From Myxococcales bacterium (GTDB taxonomy: Bacteria; Myxococcota_A; Polyangia; Palsa-1104; JAEUJZ01), in NCBI GenBank assembly GCA_016794505.1, contig JAEUJZ010000074.1, positions 49,061 through 113,060 of the forward strand: DNA of 64,000 nt, written 5' to 3'. Under the pieces are notes generated by a model that ran no database searches, had not been told where the DNA came from, and was given only the letters and a program-made list of their open reading frames with translations. Both the position numbers and the translations under genes were made by a program. Of this stretch, positions 36,679 to 46,714 are shown one piece after another. Each line of letters opens with the position of its first letter. Within the stretch, counting starts at the first letter, position 1.

Positions 36679-38244
36679 TCAGCGCGCTTCGTCGTTCTGG
36701 CGAATGAAGTGCTCGTAAAACGCAACCACTCGCGCAAAGTCCGCGATCGCGATCCGCTCGTCGGTCCCATGGAATCGCGCGAGGTCATCCGGGCGGAACA
36801 GAATGGGCATGAAGCGATAGGCGTTGTCGGCTACGGCGGCATAGTGGCGAACATCGCTGGCTCCGATCATCAGCGAAGGCGCCACGACAGCGTCGGGGAA
36901 GTGATCTCGGATGCTCTGCGCGATGCGCGCAAAGGCCGGCGAATCGGCAGACGATGTAGTCGAGGGCTCGTTGCCGCGCCCGCCTGCGATCTGCACTTCA
37001 ACACGAGGGTCAGCGACCGTCTTGCGCACGTGCTCCAGCACTGCCTGGACGCTGTCTCCGGGCAAGATGCGAAAGTTGACATAGGCCCGCGCTCGCTGCG
37101 GCAGCACGTTTTCTTTTGGGCTGCCTTCCAGCATCGTGATCGCCGTCGTCGTGCGCACCAGAGCATTGGTCGAGGGTCGCTGCGCTAGCTGCCAGTGCAA
37201 GACGGGCTCGAACAGCCATAGGTTGGTCATCAGCAACCGCAGCGCGGGCGGCATCTCGGGCGCTAGGTGTTCGAACATCAAGCGAGGCGCACCAGACAGA
37301 CGAACCGGAAGCTGATGCGTCTCAAGTCGCGTGAGCGCTGCAGCCAAGATACCGGCTGCCGTCTGCGTCGGCGGCATCGAGGAGTGTCCCCCCTGCGATC
37401 GCACGGCCACTTCGATCGTCACGGAGCCTTTTTCAGCAAGCCCGATCAGCGCCACCGGCTGGCTGAGGCCGGGCAGCATGCCCTCGACCAAGGCCATGCC
37501 TTCGTCCAGAGCGAACTCCACGCGAACGCCGCGCTGCGCCAAGCGCGCTGTAATCGCTTGCGCCCCGCTTCCACCCACTTCCTCGTCGTGCCCACTGCCG
37601 ATATACAGTGTTCGCTTCGGCTTGTAGCCGCTTTTGATCAGTCGCTCGATCGCCTCCATTATTCCGATCAAGCTGAACTTGTCGTCGAGCGCTCCGCGTC
37701 CCCAGATGTGGCCATCGACGAGAGCCCCCGAAAACGGTGGCTGCTGCCAGCGCGACTCGGTCCCAGGCTCAACCGGCACGACATCTTGGTGCGCCGCAAG
37801 CAGGTACGGAGGCAGCGTGCCATCGCTGCCGCGCCAGGTATAAAGCAGCGCCTGTCCCGGAACTGCAGCGTCCGAGGCAATGGCTTCCCGTTCGAGCGCA
37901 GCATGAAGCAGCGGAAAGGTCGACTGCAGGTACGCGTGCAGCGCCGTAAAGGCTTGTGCGCTGCGTGCCACGGCAGAGGCGTCCTTCTGAAGAGGTGAAA
38001 GCGAAATCGTGGGAATGCGAACCGCCGCCGCCAAGTGTTCTGCCATGGCCTGCTGTTCGGCCGAACTGATAGGTGCAGCGATGGATCCTGGGTTCTTTGG
38101 TGGCTGCCGTGAGCGTGTCATGGCCATCTTGATGACCAAGCCTGCGAACAGCGCGCAGAGTCCGATCAGGGAGACGACCATCAGCTGTTTCCAGCGCCGA
38201 GCGCCACCAGGTCTTGCCTGTTCTAGCGACGTCTCGGTGCTCAT
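36679..38244 (-). CDS. M20/M25/M40-family metallopeptidase (ArgE/DapE/CPG2-like) with an N-terminal membrane anchor
   Basis: An N-terminal TM helix is followed by M20 metal-binding motifs (HQDVVP, GRGALDDK, SGHDEEVGGSGA). Confidence 0.75.
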   Translation of the reverse strand: MSTETSLEQARPGGARRWKQLMVVSLIGLCALFAGLVIKMAMTRSRQPPKNPGSIAAPISSAEQQAMAEHLAAAVRIPTISLSPLQKDASAVARSAQAFTALHAYLQSTFPLLHAALEREAIASDAAVPGQALLYTWRGSDGTLPPYLLAAHQDVVPVEPGTESRWQQPPFSGALVDGHIWGRGALDDKFSLIGIMEAIERLIKSGYKPKRTLYIGSGHDEEVGGSGAQAITARLAQRGVRVEFALDEGMALVEGMLPGLSQPVALIGLAEKGSVTIEVAVRSQGGHSSMPPTQTAAGILAAALTRLETHQLPVRLSGAPRLMFEHLAPEMPPALRLLMTNLWLFEPVLHWQLAQRPSTNALVRTTTAITMLEGSPKENVLPQRARAYVNFRILPGDSVQAVLEHVRKTVADPRVEVQIAGGRGNEPSTTSSADSPAFARIAQSIRDHFPDAVVAPSLMIGASDVRHYAAVADNAYRFMPILFRPDDLARFHGTDERIAIADFARVVAFYEHFIRQNDEAR

Positions 38245-39608
38245 AACGCCTCCGTTTTCTTGGATGGATCGGTCGCGCGGATCGCTCGCAGCAGAAGGTG
38301 TAGCGCGGTGATCGCAGACAAGCGCCGAATGTCCTCGCGATCACCGGGCCAATAGATCGCTCGCGCTTCGATCCCCATCGGACCGCAGACCGCGATATGC
38401 ACCGTCCCGACGGGCTTTTCAGGCGTTCCGCCCCCCGGACCCGCAACGCCCGAGATCGCTACACCGTAGGTTGTGTTGAAGCGCTCGCGAGCCCCACGCG
38501 CCATCTCTTCGACGCACTCGCGGCTTACCGCGCCGTGCTGCAGCAGAGTCTCCTCCCGCACTCCAAGCTGCTGCACTTTGGCTTCGTTTGCGTACGAGAT
38601 GACGCCTCCTTGGTAGTAGTCGGAACAGCCGGCGACTCCCGTGATCAGCGCCCCGAGCAATCCGCCTGTACACGACTCCGCGGTAGCCAGCTTCGCTCCC
38701 GCTTGGCGCAGCGCACGTCCGATGACAAGCGGCAACTCATCGGCAAGCTCGCCATACGCCGCATCGCCCAAGCGATCGCGCACTTTGCGCAGCAAGCCCA
38801 TGTGGTGCGTCTGCGCGTCGGTCGTGTCTCCCGTCGTAACGAGGGTCACCAGGATCTCAGGAAACGCCAACCGATAGTGCAGGGTCGTTCTTGTCGGTGC
38901 CAAGCCATCGCGGCCCGCGGCCACCAGTTCGGGCAGCAGGTCACGCAGCTTCTGATCCGTCTGTCCTTCCGTGAGTCCAAAGACACGCAGTGTTGTCTTC
39001 TGCTGGCTATACGCAGCCGGCAGGCGCTGACGCAGTCGCGGGGCGATCGCAGTCGCAAAGATCGCTTTCAGCTCAGCTGGGACGCCGGGCATGAAGAACA
39101 GCTCGCAGTCCTCGTGGTGAATTGCAAAGCCCGGTGCCAAACCGACCGGATTGGCCAACACCGTCGCTCCTGCAGGGACGCGCACCTGGCGCAGCGCCAG
39201 CGCCGGCACATCCCGCTTTCTCTCGGCAAAGCGAGCCCGTAGGCGATCTTCATGAGCTTGGTCGACCACCGCGCTCGATCCGATCAATCCCGCAGCGACA
39301 TCGACCGTCAGATCGTCCGAAGTGGGCCCCAACCCGCCGCTTACGAGGACCACCGAGGCACAGGAACAAGCTCGTCGGAGCGCCTCGATCATGTCGGACT
39401 CGATGTCATTCACACCGAAGCGCCACATGACTTGATATCCCAAATCGCTGAGCTGCTCGCCCAGCCACGCGGCATTGCGATCGACGACTTCGCCGCGGTT
39501 GAGCTCATCTCCGATACAGACGATCGCTGCGCGACCTGCTGACGACCACGTACGATCAGACGCAGAGACTGGCACGTGAGGAGCACGTTCAGACGAGACT
39601 TTTGACAT
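38241..39608 (-). CDS. cinA: CinA-family competence/damage-inducible protein (nicotinamide-nucleotide amidohydrolase)
   Basis: The N-terminal MoCF-biosynthesis-like domain reads AIVCIGDELNRGEVVDRNAAWL. The C-terminal CinA domain reads LATAESCTGGLLGALITGVAGCSDYYQGGVISYAN. The stop overlaps the start of the downstream M20 gene by 4 nt. Confidence 0.8.
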   Translation of the reverse strand: MSKVSSERAPHVPVSASDRTWSSAGRAAIVCIGDELNRGEVVDRNAAWLGEQLSDLGYQVMWRFGVNDIESDMIEALRRACSCASVVLVSGGLGPTSDDLTVDVAAGLIGSSAVVDQAHEDRLRARFAERKRDVPALALRQVRVPAGATVLANPVGLAPGFAIHHEDCELFFMPGVPAELKAIFATAIAPRLRQRLPAAYSQQKTTLRVFGLTEGQTDQKLRDLLPELVAAGRDGLAPTRTTLHYRLAFPEILVTLVTTGDTTDAQTHHMGLLRKVRDRLGDAAYGELADELPLVIGRALRQAGAKLATAESCTGGLLGALITGVAGCSDYYQGGVISYANEAKVQQLGVREETLLQHGAVSRECVEEMARGARERFNTTYGVAISGVAGPGGGTPEKPVGTVHIAVCGPMGIEARAIYWPGDREDIRRLSAITALHLLLRAIRATDPSKKTEAL

Positions 39609-39825
39609 GCGCGCGATTCTACCGCAAAGCACATGGCGCCCTGTTTGGGGCTGGCTCGCTGTAGGCTAGACCGACAGGCACGATGTCCTGCACGCCTGCT
39701 TACTGGTTCGTCACCGACTCACCGGCCAAGGTTCGACGGAGTGGGGTCAGCAGTCCCGTTGACTTTATCTCGCCGGTTGATAAAGTCCTATTCTGCGCGG
39801 TGATATAGGGCCGGGCGTTTTTACC

Positions 39826-40638
39826 ATGAAGATCCGCTACGCTGCCAAGACCGATCCTGGAATGAAACGCACCCACAATGAGGACTTCTACCTCACGCTC
39901 GATGAGGAGAAACTCTTCATCGTGGCGGACGGCATGGGTGGCCATGCAATGGGCGAGGTGGCCTCGAAGATGGCCGCTGAGACCTTGCAGGAGTTCTACA
40001 AGCGGACCAAAGACGAGGACGCCACCTGGCCCTATAAAATGGACCGGCAGCTCTCGTATGTGGAAAACCGCTTGGTGTGCGGCATCAAGCTCGCCAACTG
40101 GAAAGTCCACGAATCTGCCACCAAGGACCCCCGCTGCAAGGGTATGGGCACCACGATGGTGACCTGCATGCTCAACGGCGATCGGGCGTACTTTGGTTGG
40201 GTGGGTGACTCGCGTGGCTACCGTCTGCGCAACGGGGTCATCAAGCAGATGACGCGCGATCACAGCCTCCTTGAGGACTACAAAGAGGCGAAGCCGGACA
40301 TGACCGAGGAAGAGCAGCGCAACTTCCCGCACAAGAACGTCATCACAAGAGCCCTCGGCATGCGGGAGACCGTCCAGGTTGACATCCGCCCCGAGGGAAT
40401 CGAGATCGGCGATACGTTCATGCTGTGCTGCGACGGACTCACCGGCATGATTGACGATCAGCGGATCGGCGAGATCATCAAAATTGCCGATGAAGACCTT
40501 GAGAAGTGCGTGACCGATCTAGTCGACCAAGCCAACAAGAACGGCGGCGTCGACAACATCACGGTCATCGTCCTGCGCACCTACGAGGACGACAAATACA
40601 AAGAGGTCGCAGAGAAGTTCGACAAGAAAAAGAACTAG
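39826..40638 (+). CDS. PP2C-family Ser/Thr protein phosphatase (Stp/PrpC-like, soluble)
   Basis: PP2C motifs are present ([50 protein letters not shown]). The GC content is somewhat lower than the flanking genes. Confidence 0.85.
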   Translation: MKIRYAAKTDPGMKRTHNEDFYLTLDEEKLFIVADGMGGHAMGEVASKMAAETLQEFYKRTKDEDATWPYKMDRQLSYVENRLVCGIKLANWKVHESATKDPRCKGMGTTMVTCMLNGDRAYFGWVGDSRGYRLRNGVIKQMTRDHSLLEDYKEAKPDMTEEEQRNFPHKNVITRALGMRETVQVDIRPEGIEIGDTFMLCCDGLTGMIDDQRIGEIIKIADEDLEKCVTDLVDQANKNGGVDNITVIVLRTYEDDKYKEVAEKFDKKKN

Positions 40639-40736
40639 CGCCCTCGCCGCCTCTCGCCTCGCAAGCTGTTCTCCAGTCAGCCTCCCCGCAAATTTTTCAG
40701 CAGACAAGAAGCCGCGCCTGCCATTAGATCCGTCTC

Positions 40737-42020
40737 ATGGCTATCGGATCTTCATGTGACGTAGACGTTGTGATTGCCGGCGGTGGACCGGCGGGCTCGA
40801 CTACCGCGAGCTTTCTGCGCCGCCACGGCAGAAGCGTGCTGGTGCTCGAACGCGAGCAGTTCCCGCGCTTCCATATTGGGGAATCGCTTCTCCCCTGCGC
40901 GGGCGATATCTGGGACGAGCTGGGCTTAAAAGAAGAGATGCATCGTCGCTTCATCGTCAAGCCCGCGGCTCGCTTCATCCACAACGAGTCGGGCGCGCAG
41001 TTCACGTACTACTTCGCCAACGCCATCCGTCCCGACTACCCCTACGCGTACGAAGTTCAGCGCGATGAGTTCGATCACATGCTCCTTGAGCGCTCGCGGG
41101 AGCTTGGGGCTGACGTGCGTTACCTGAGCGAGGTGCGCGATATCGATATCCAAGCCGATGGCGTACGCACCGAGGTACAGCCAAGCGAGGGGGCGCCATA
41201 CGAAGTGCGCAGTCAGGTCTTTGTCGACGCCACCGGCCGAGACACCCTGCTTGGCAACCGCTTGGGCCTAAAAGTCGCAGACGAGCTCGTCACGACCAAC
41301 GCTGCTTGCTTCACGCACTTCCGCAACTGCAACCGTCAGACCGGCAGCGACGAAGGAAATATCACCATCGTCCTCTTCGACGGTGGTTGGTGGTGGTTCA
41401 TCCCATTTAAGGGGGACATCACATCGGTTGGCTGCGTGCTTCAGAAGCATTTCTCCTTGGCGCATCGCGGTGCATCACCCGAAGAGATGTTCAACGCAGC
41501 GCTGGCTGTCACGCCGTCGATGCAGGACCTTTTGCGCGGAGCCGTCCGCATTCGTCCAGTCGGTACCACCGGCAACTGGTCGTATCGCTGCCGCCAGTTC
41601 TACGGCGATCGCTTCCTTCTAGTCGGAGACGCGGCAGGCTTCATCGATCCACTGTTCTCAACCGGCGTATTGATGGCGGCCTACGGTGGACGCTATGCAG
41701 CGCAAGCCATCGACGCAGCCCTTGCCGCATCGGACTTCTCGGCGAACCGTTTCGCGGAGTATCAGCAGCAAGCGCTGCAGGGTGCCGATCTCTTCAAGAA
41801 GCTCGTCCATGAGTTCTATGGTGAGAGCCTGCGCAAGCTGCTCGTCCACTCGGCTGCCCATCCCGCCACCTGCGCTGTGATCACCAGCATGCTGGCTGGC
41901 GATGTCTATCGACCCGCCCTCTGGCAGTCGGTGGTCCGCTCTGGCTTTTCGCGCGACATCCCCGAAAGCGGGCTGCCCTCTCGCGCTGAGCGACGCGGCA
42001 AACCCAACGATCTCACCTAG
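40737..42020 (+). CDS. FAD-dependent oxidoreductase of the flavin-dependent halogenase type
   Basis: An N-terminal FAD Rossmann motif reads VVIAGGGPAGSTTA. The GWxWxIP-type motif is present (GGWWWFIPF) and the FxxPxxSxG motif is present (FIDPLFSTG). Both are signatures of flavin-dependent halogenases. The geranylgeranyl-reductase-like fold is consistent. Confidence 0.65.
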   Translation: MAIGSSCDVDVVIAGGGPAGSTTASFLRRHGRSVLVLEREQFPRFHIGESLLPCAGDIWDELGLKEEMHRRFIVKPAARFIHNESGAQFTYYFANAIRPDYPYAYEVQRDEFDHMLLERSRELGADVRYLSEVRDIDIQADGVRTEVQPSEGAPYEVRSQVFVDATGRDTLLGNRLGLKVADELVTTNAACFTHFRNCNRQTGSDEGNITIVLFDGGWWWFIPFKGDITSVGCVLQKHFSLAHRGASPEEMFNAALAVTPSMQDLLRGAVRIRPVGTTGNWSYRCRQFYGDRFLLVGDAAGFIDPLFSTGVLMAAYGGRYAAQAIDAALAASDFSANRFAEYQQQALQGADLFKKLVHEFYGESLRKLLVHSAAHPATCAVITSMLAGDVYRPALWQSVVRSGFSRDIPESGLPSRAERRGKPNDLT

Positions 42021-42130
42021 CCGTCCCCACCAGGCGCGCCCCCGCTGTCCTCGCGCTTGGGCCCTTGCATCATCACCGACAATAAACGGACGCTCTGCCA
42101 GTCTAAGCAGACAGATTCATCGAGTTCTTT

Positions 42131-43021
42131 GTGAGGCAAGCGTCTATGCAAACGTGTTACCCTCGATTCATGGTCCGTAAGTACCTATGTTCCGCACTGT
42201 TAGGTGTCGCTCTGGCTTTGCCGACCGTGGCGTTCGCAGATGAAGCGGATGCCCAGTACCGCAAGGGTCTAGAGCTAATGCAGCAAGGCAAACACGACGA
42301 CGCGCAGGCCGCACTCGAAGAGGCCCTGCGACTGCGTCCCAACTACGCCGCTGCCCAGCTCACACTGGGCAACGTGTTCCGGCGGCAAAAGAAGTGTGAC
42401 AAGGCGGTCGTGCAGTACGAGGCCGTCATCAAGACTCAGCCCAACGATCCGTTTGCACACGGCAACCTGGGCTTCTGCTACTCGATGCTGGGCAAGCCCA
42501 CCGACGCCATCCGCGTGCTAGAACGAGCGACAGAGCTTGCGCCAAACGAAGTGCAGTGGCGTATGTCTCTGGGGGCGCTGTACCGTCAGGCCAAGCAATA
42601 TGACAAGGCCGTTGCTCAGCTCGACAAGGCCGCGCAGCTTGACCCCAACAACGCTGACGTCATGCGCAACTTGGCCGTCGCCCTGCGGCAGACCAAGCAG
42701 CTTGATCGCGCCGCCGAGGTGACCAAGCAGGCCATTCGGCTCAAGCCCGGTGACAGCGATCTGCACTTCGATCTCGCAGTGATCTATCGCGTGCAGCAAA
42801 AGACGCAGGAGGCGATCGCGGCCTATCGCGACGCTGTGCGCCTAAACGACAAGAATGCCGACGCCTGGTACGACTTGGGCGTGCTCCTCGCGCAGGACAA
42901 GCAGCGCCAGGAAGCGATCGATGCGTTCAACAAGTACATCGACCTCGTCGGCGACAAGCGGGGCAATTCTGTCGAGGGTGTGCGGCAGCAGATCAAGGGC
43001 CTAGGTGGCACGCCTCACTAA
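42131..43021 (+). CDS. Secreted tetratricopeptide-repeat protein
   Basis: A signal peptide is followed by about 7 consecutive 34-aa TPR units with conserved W-LG-Y, A and P positions. Confidence 0.7.
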   Translation: MRQASMQTCYPRFMVRKYLCSALLGVALALPTVAFADEADAQYRKGLELMQQGKHDDAQAALEEALRLRPNYAAAQLTLGNVFRRQKKCDKAVVQYEAVIKTQPNDPFAHGNLGFCYSMLGKPTDAIRVLERATELAPNEVQWRMSLGALYRQAKQYDKAVAQLDKAAQLDPNNADVMRNLAVALRQTKQLDRAAEVTKQAIRLKPGDSDLHFDLAVIYRVQQKTQEAIAAYRDAVRLNDKNADAWYDLGVLLAQDKQRQEAIDAFNKYIDLVGDKRGNSVEGVRQQIKGLGGTPH

Positions 43022-43655
43022 GAGCGCCGTCGACCCTCTGCCAGCTGAAACCTGGCGCGAACAGATCGTCGAGTTTCACGATCAGCTCGTGCGTGAGCGC
43101 GGTGAAGGCTGGGGTGCATTCTGGGGCAGCCCAGCCTCGCAGCGCAGTCGGTACGAGATCTTCTTCCGCGAGCTGCCTCTTTCCGGCAGCGACGTCCTCG
43201 AAGTCGGCTGCGGCTTCGGCGATTTCCTACACATCGCGCGCGAGCGAAGTGCCCTGCCCCGTCGCTATCTCGGCGTCGATCTCAGCGATTCAATCATCGC
43301 CGCCGCACGGCGCAGCCACCCGCAGGCGGACTTCGCCGTCCTCGACCTCTTGGCCAGTGAGCCGCCGTTTCAGCCTGACTTCGTGATCGCCTCGGGCATC
43401 ATGGCCGTCGATGTTCCCGACTACGAAGCCTATGCCGTCGCCATCCTGCGGCGCTTTCATGGCCTGGCACGCCACGGCTTCGCGATCAACTTCCTTAGCA
43501 CCTGCAGCGACAAACCCGATGGGCGCAGCCGCTATGTCGATCCTGGCTGGCTACTCGGTGTGTTTCTGCGCCACGTCGACTGGCGCTGCCGCCTGCTGCA
43601 CGACTATCGCCAGAACGACTTCACGCTGGTTCATCTGCGCCCGCCGTCGCCGTAG
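43005..43655 (+). CDS. Class I SAM-dependent methyltransferase
   Basis: SAM motif I reads VLEVGCGFGDF. An acidic loop (LGVDLS) and motif-III-like segments are present. The gene overlaps the TPR gene's 3' end by 17 nt. Confidence 0.6.
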   Translation: MARLTKSAVDPLPAETWREQIVEFHDQLVRERGEGWGAFWGSPASQRSRYEIFFRELPLSGSDVLEVGCGFGDFLHIARERSALPRRYLGVDLSDSIIAAARRSHPQADFAVLDLLASEPPFQPDFVIASGIMAVDVPDYEAYAVAILRRFHGLARHGFAINFLSTCSDKPDGRSRYVDPGWLLGVFLRHVDWRCRLLHDYRQNDFTLVHLRPPSP

Positions 43656-44049
43656 CATCACCGTCGTGGAGTGCCCCAGACCGCGCCCGTGCTTCGCTCT
43701 GCCCCGTCAAGCGCTGCCCGCGGCTCTCGGTCGCGTGTGGGTCCTCGTGCCAGCGCATCAGCCGACGCAGCCACTCGCCATCGCGCTGCGCTTCGCGGAA
43801 TAGCTGCCGAGCCAAGGCCAGAAGGTGCTTGTGAACCCAGGCCGGCAGATCGCGTTCCGCGGCATACGCGTCAGCCCCCGGCGCAGAACGAATCTGACAT
43901 CGACCGTCGCTGCGATCGACCTGTAGCGCGCAGCGCAGCGTCTGGGTCGGCAGATAGATCGTTACGGCGTACATCACCGATACCGCATCGACTGCCTGCC
44001 GCAGCATCTCGAAGCGAGCCCCAAACGAAGGCGTCATGGCATGCACCAT
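43621..44049 (-). CDS. Hypothetical protein
   Basis: The ORF has protein-like composition. It sits between a convergent methyltransferase and alr. No recognisable motif was found. Confidence 0.35.
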   Translation of the reverse strand: MVHAMTPSFGARFEMLRQAVDAVSVMYAVTIYLPTQTLRCALQVDRSDGRCQIRSAPGADAYAAERDLPAWVHKHLLALARQLFREAQRDGEWLRRLMRWHEDPHATESRGQRLTGQSEARARSGALHDGDATATAGADEPA

Positions 44050-44099
44050 GGCCGCACCCTAGCACTGCCCGGCAGCCCGTAGGTCCCCCAATGCAGCGG

Positions 44100-45269
44100 C
44101 TATAGGCCTGTATAAATACGTGGGACACGCTTGGAGATCGCACAGCAGATCTCGTACGCGATTGTGCCCGCCCAGCCGGCCATCTCGTCGAGTGTGATCG
44201 GTGCATCCGCGACGCAATCCCGTCGAGCCTGGCCTCCGATCAGCACCACTTCGTCGCCGATCTGTACGTCGGGCACCGCGCTGACGTCGATCATCGTCAT
44301 GTCCATGGTGATCGGGCCCAGCACCGAGCAGCGTCGCCCGCCGCACAGCACCTGGGCCTGACCGCTCATGCGGCGGCTGTACCCATCGGCGTAGCCGATC
44401 GGCAGTGTGGCGATGCGAGCAGCGGCCTGGGTTCGCGTGCGACTGCCATAGCTGACGCCGGTATGGGCAGGCACCTCTCGTAGCGCGACGATGCGCGTCT
44501 TCAGCGACAAGACCGGCCACAGCCCAGAAAGAGCGGTATTCGGCGGTGCCACGCCATACAGGCCAATGCCCGGCCGCACCAGGTCCAGTCGCGCCGATCC
44601 AAAGCGCACGGCGCCCGCGGTGTTGGCTGCGTGCAAGACCCCCGGCTGAAGCCCCATCGCCGACAGGCGCTGCCGGCAGGCGAAGAAGCGCTCTAGCTGC
44701 TCATGGGTCGTCTCGTCCCCCGGACCGTCGGCATCAGCCAAGTGCGTACACAGCCCGCCAAGCGCCACACCGGGCTCGGCCCGCAGCACATCGACGAAGG
44801 CGTCCAGACTCTCGGGGCGAACGCCCAAGCGCGACATCCCGGTGTCGATCTTCAGATGAACTGGCACTCGCGGCGCTCCCAGGTCCGCCGCCGCCCGAGC
44901 AAAGCGCGAAAGGTCGCGGGCATCGGCCACAACCGGCGTCAGGCGATAGGCCACGACATCGCGATGCGACAGACCATAAAAGCAGCCCAGAACGACGATC
45001 GGTTGATCGATCAAGCCCGCCCGTCGAAGCTCAACGCCCTCTTCCACCAGCGAGACGGCGAAGCCCCAGACCTGGCGCGCCACCGCCTGCGCACACGGCA
45101 CCGCCCCATGGCCATAGGCATCGGCTTTGAGCACGGCCATGATACCCGTCCGCGACGGTGGATCCCCCGCCGCAGCGAAGAATGCATCGGACGAAGGATC
45201 GCCACCGTCAACGTGGGAACGCAGCACATCGACGTTGCGGCGCAGGGCTCCCAGGTCGATCTCGGCCAC
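44100..45269 (-). CDS. alr: Alanine racemase
   Basis: The N-terminus reads AEIDLGALRRNV. The PLP-lysine motif is AVLKADAYGHGA. The C-terminal Tyr-region is consistent with the fold-type III PLP enzyme. The apparent start is a GTG at 45269, and the upstream frame closes with a TGA 25 codons above it. Confidence 0.85.
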   Translation of the reverse strand: MAEIDLGALRRNVDVLRSHVDGGDPSSDAFFAAAGDPPSRTGIMAVLKADAYGHGAVPCAQAVARQVWGFAVSLVEEGVELRRAGLIDQPIVVLGCFYGLSHRDVVAYRLTPVVADARDLSRFARAAADLGAPRVPVHLKIDTGMSRLGVRPESLDAFVDVLRAEPGVALGGLCTHLADADGPGDETTHEQLERFFACRQRLSAMGLQPGVLHAANTAGAVRFGSARLDLVRPGIGLYGVAPPNTALSGLWPVLSLKTRIVALREVPAHTGVSYGSRTRTQAAARIATLPIGYADGYSRRMSGQAQVLCGGRRCSVLGPITMDMTMIDVSAVPDVQIGDEVVLIGGQARRDCVADAPITLDEMAGWAGTIAYEICCAISKRVPRIYTGL

Positions 45270-45392
45270 CGTGGGCCGAATGTCCGTACGAATGTCGTAA
45301 ACCGAGTAGATGGCGTGATTTTCCGAGACCGGTCTAGCCCGTCAACTTTCGCGCTTCCCTTTTGCCACAAGGCAAGCTAACCGTCCTATCCC

Positions 45393-46700
45393 ATGTCGCT
45401 GCTTGCAAAGATAGAGAGCCGGCAGGCCCGCATCACCGTCATCGGGCTGGGCTATGTCGGTCTCCCGCTCGCTGTCGAGATCGCCTCCGCCGGCTTCCAT
45501 GTCACGGGCTATGACAAGAACGCCGAAAAGGTCGACTCCATCTGCCGCGGAGTGTCGTACATCAAGGACGTTTCCGACGTGGCTCTTGGTCCCCATGTGC
45601 AGTCTGGGCGCATCACCGCCACCAACGATCCCGCCTGCTTGGCCACGGCCGACGCGGTGATCATCTGCGTACCGACGCCGCTCAACAAGTCCAAGGCCCC
45701 CGACAACGGCTACATCATCGCGGCGGCTGCCGATCTGCTGCCGCACATGCACCGCGATCTGCTGGTCGTTCTCGAATCAACGACCTTCCCCGGCTTCACG
45801 CGCGAGGTGCTCTTGCCTCGCCTGCGCGAGTCGGGCCTGGTCCCCGGCCGCGACTTTTTCCTGGCGTTTTCGCCCGAGCGCGTCGATCCCGCGAACCCGA
45901 CGTATCACACGCGCAACACGCCCAAGGTCATCGGCGGCACCACGCCGCAGTGCTTGGCCGCGGTGCAGGCGCTGTATCAGACGTTTATCGATCGTTTGGT
46001 GCCGGTGTCGTCGACCGACGCTGCCGAGATGGTCAAGCTGCTGGAAAACACCTTCCGCGCCGTCAACATCGGCCTGGCCAACGAGCTGGCACTGATGTGC
46101 CAAAAGCTCGGGCTCGACACGTGGGAGGTCATCGAAGCCGCGGCCACCAAGCCGTTTGGCTTCATGCCGTTTTATCCCGGCCCCGGCCTCGGTGGGCACT
46201 GCATCCCCGTCGACCCGCTGTACCTTTCGTGGAAGCTGCGAACCCTCAAGTACGAGGCGCGCTTCATCGAGGTCGCCGATCAGGTCAACGCTGGCATGCC
46301 CGAGTTCGTCGTGTCGCGCCTGCAGGATGCGCTGAACGATGTCTCGCTGCCGCTGCGCGGGGCCGAAATCTTGGTCTTGGGCGTCGCCTACAAGCGCAAC
46401 ATCGACGACATCCGCGAGTCGCCGGCCCTCGATATCATCGAGATGCTGGCGGAAAAAGGCGCCCGCGTTCAGTACCACGATCCCTATGTGCCCAGCCTTC
46501 AGCTTGGCGAGCACACGTATCACAGCCAGCCGCTGGCCGACGTGGGACGCTATGCCGCAGTGGCCATTCTGACCGACCACAGCAGCGTCGACTATGCCCG
46601 TGTGGCTAGCGAGGCCGCGCTGATCGTGGACACCCGCAACGCCACCCGCAGCGTGCGCGATCTGGCTGCCCGTCGCGGCGTCCGCATTGTTCGTCTATAG
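45393..46700 (+). CDS. UDP-sugar (UDP-glucose/GDP-mannose family; WecC/TviB-like) nucleotide-sugar dehydrogenase
   Basis: An N-terminal NAD Rossmann motif reads ITVIGLGYVGLPLAVE. Central and C-terminal UDPG/MGDP dehydrogenase domains with the catalytic Cys region (GPGLGGHCIPVDP) are present. Confidence 0.85.
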   Translation: MSLLAKIESRQARITVIGLGYVGLPLAVEIASAGFHVTGYDKNAEKVDSICRGVSYIKDVSDVALGPHVQSGRITATNDPACLATADAVIICVPTPLNKSKAPDNGYIIAAAADLLPHMHRDLLVVLESTTFPGFTREVLLPRLRESGLVPGRDFFLAFSPERVDPANPTYHTRNTPKVIGGTTPQCLAAVQALYQTFIDRLVPVSSTDAAEMVKLLENTFRAVNIGLANELALMCQKLGLDTWEVIEAAATKPFGFMPFYPGPGLGGHCIPVDPLYLSWKLRTLKYEARFIEVADQVNAGMPEFVVSRLQDALNDVSLPLRGAEILVLGVAYKRNIDDIRESPALDIIEMLAEKGARVQYHDPYVPSLQLGEHTYHSQPLADVGRYAAVAILTDHSSVDYARVASEAALIVDTRNATRSVRDLAARRGVRIVRL

Positions 46701-46714
46701 ACCCGCCGCCCGCC

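Noticed and set aside
43671-44105. 144-aa plus-strand ORF next to alr
   Set aside because: The translation is Arg/Pro/Ser-rich with no motif. The minus-strand hypothetical at 43621..44049 is the more protein-like reading, and even that is low confidence.
45777-46609. 267-aa minus-strand and 219-aa plus-strand ORFs within the UDP-sugar dehydrogenase gene
   Set aside because: They overlap a gene with clear Rossmann and catalytic motifs and are artefactual frames.
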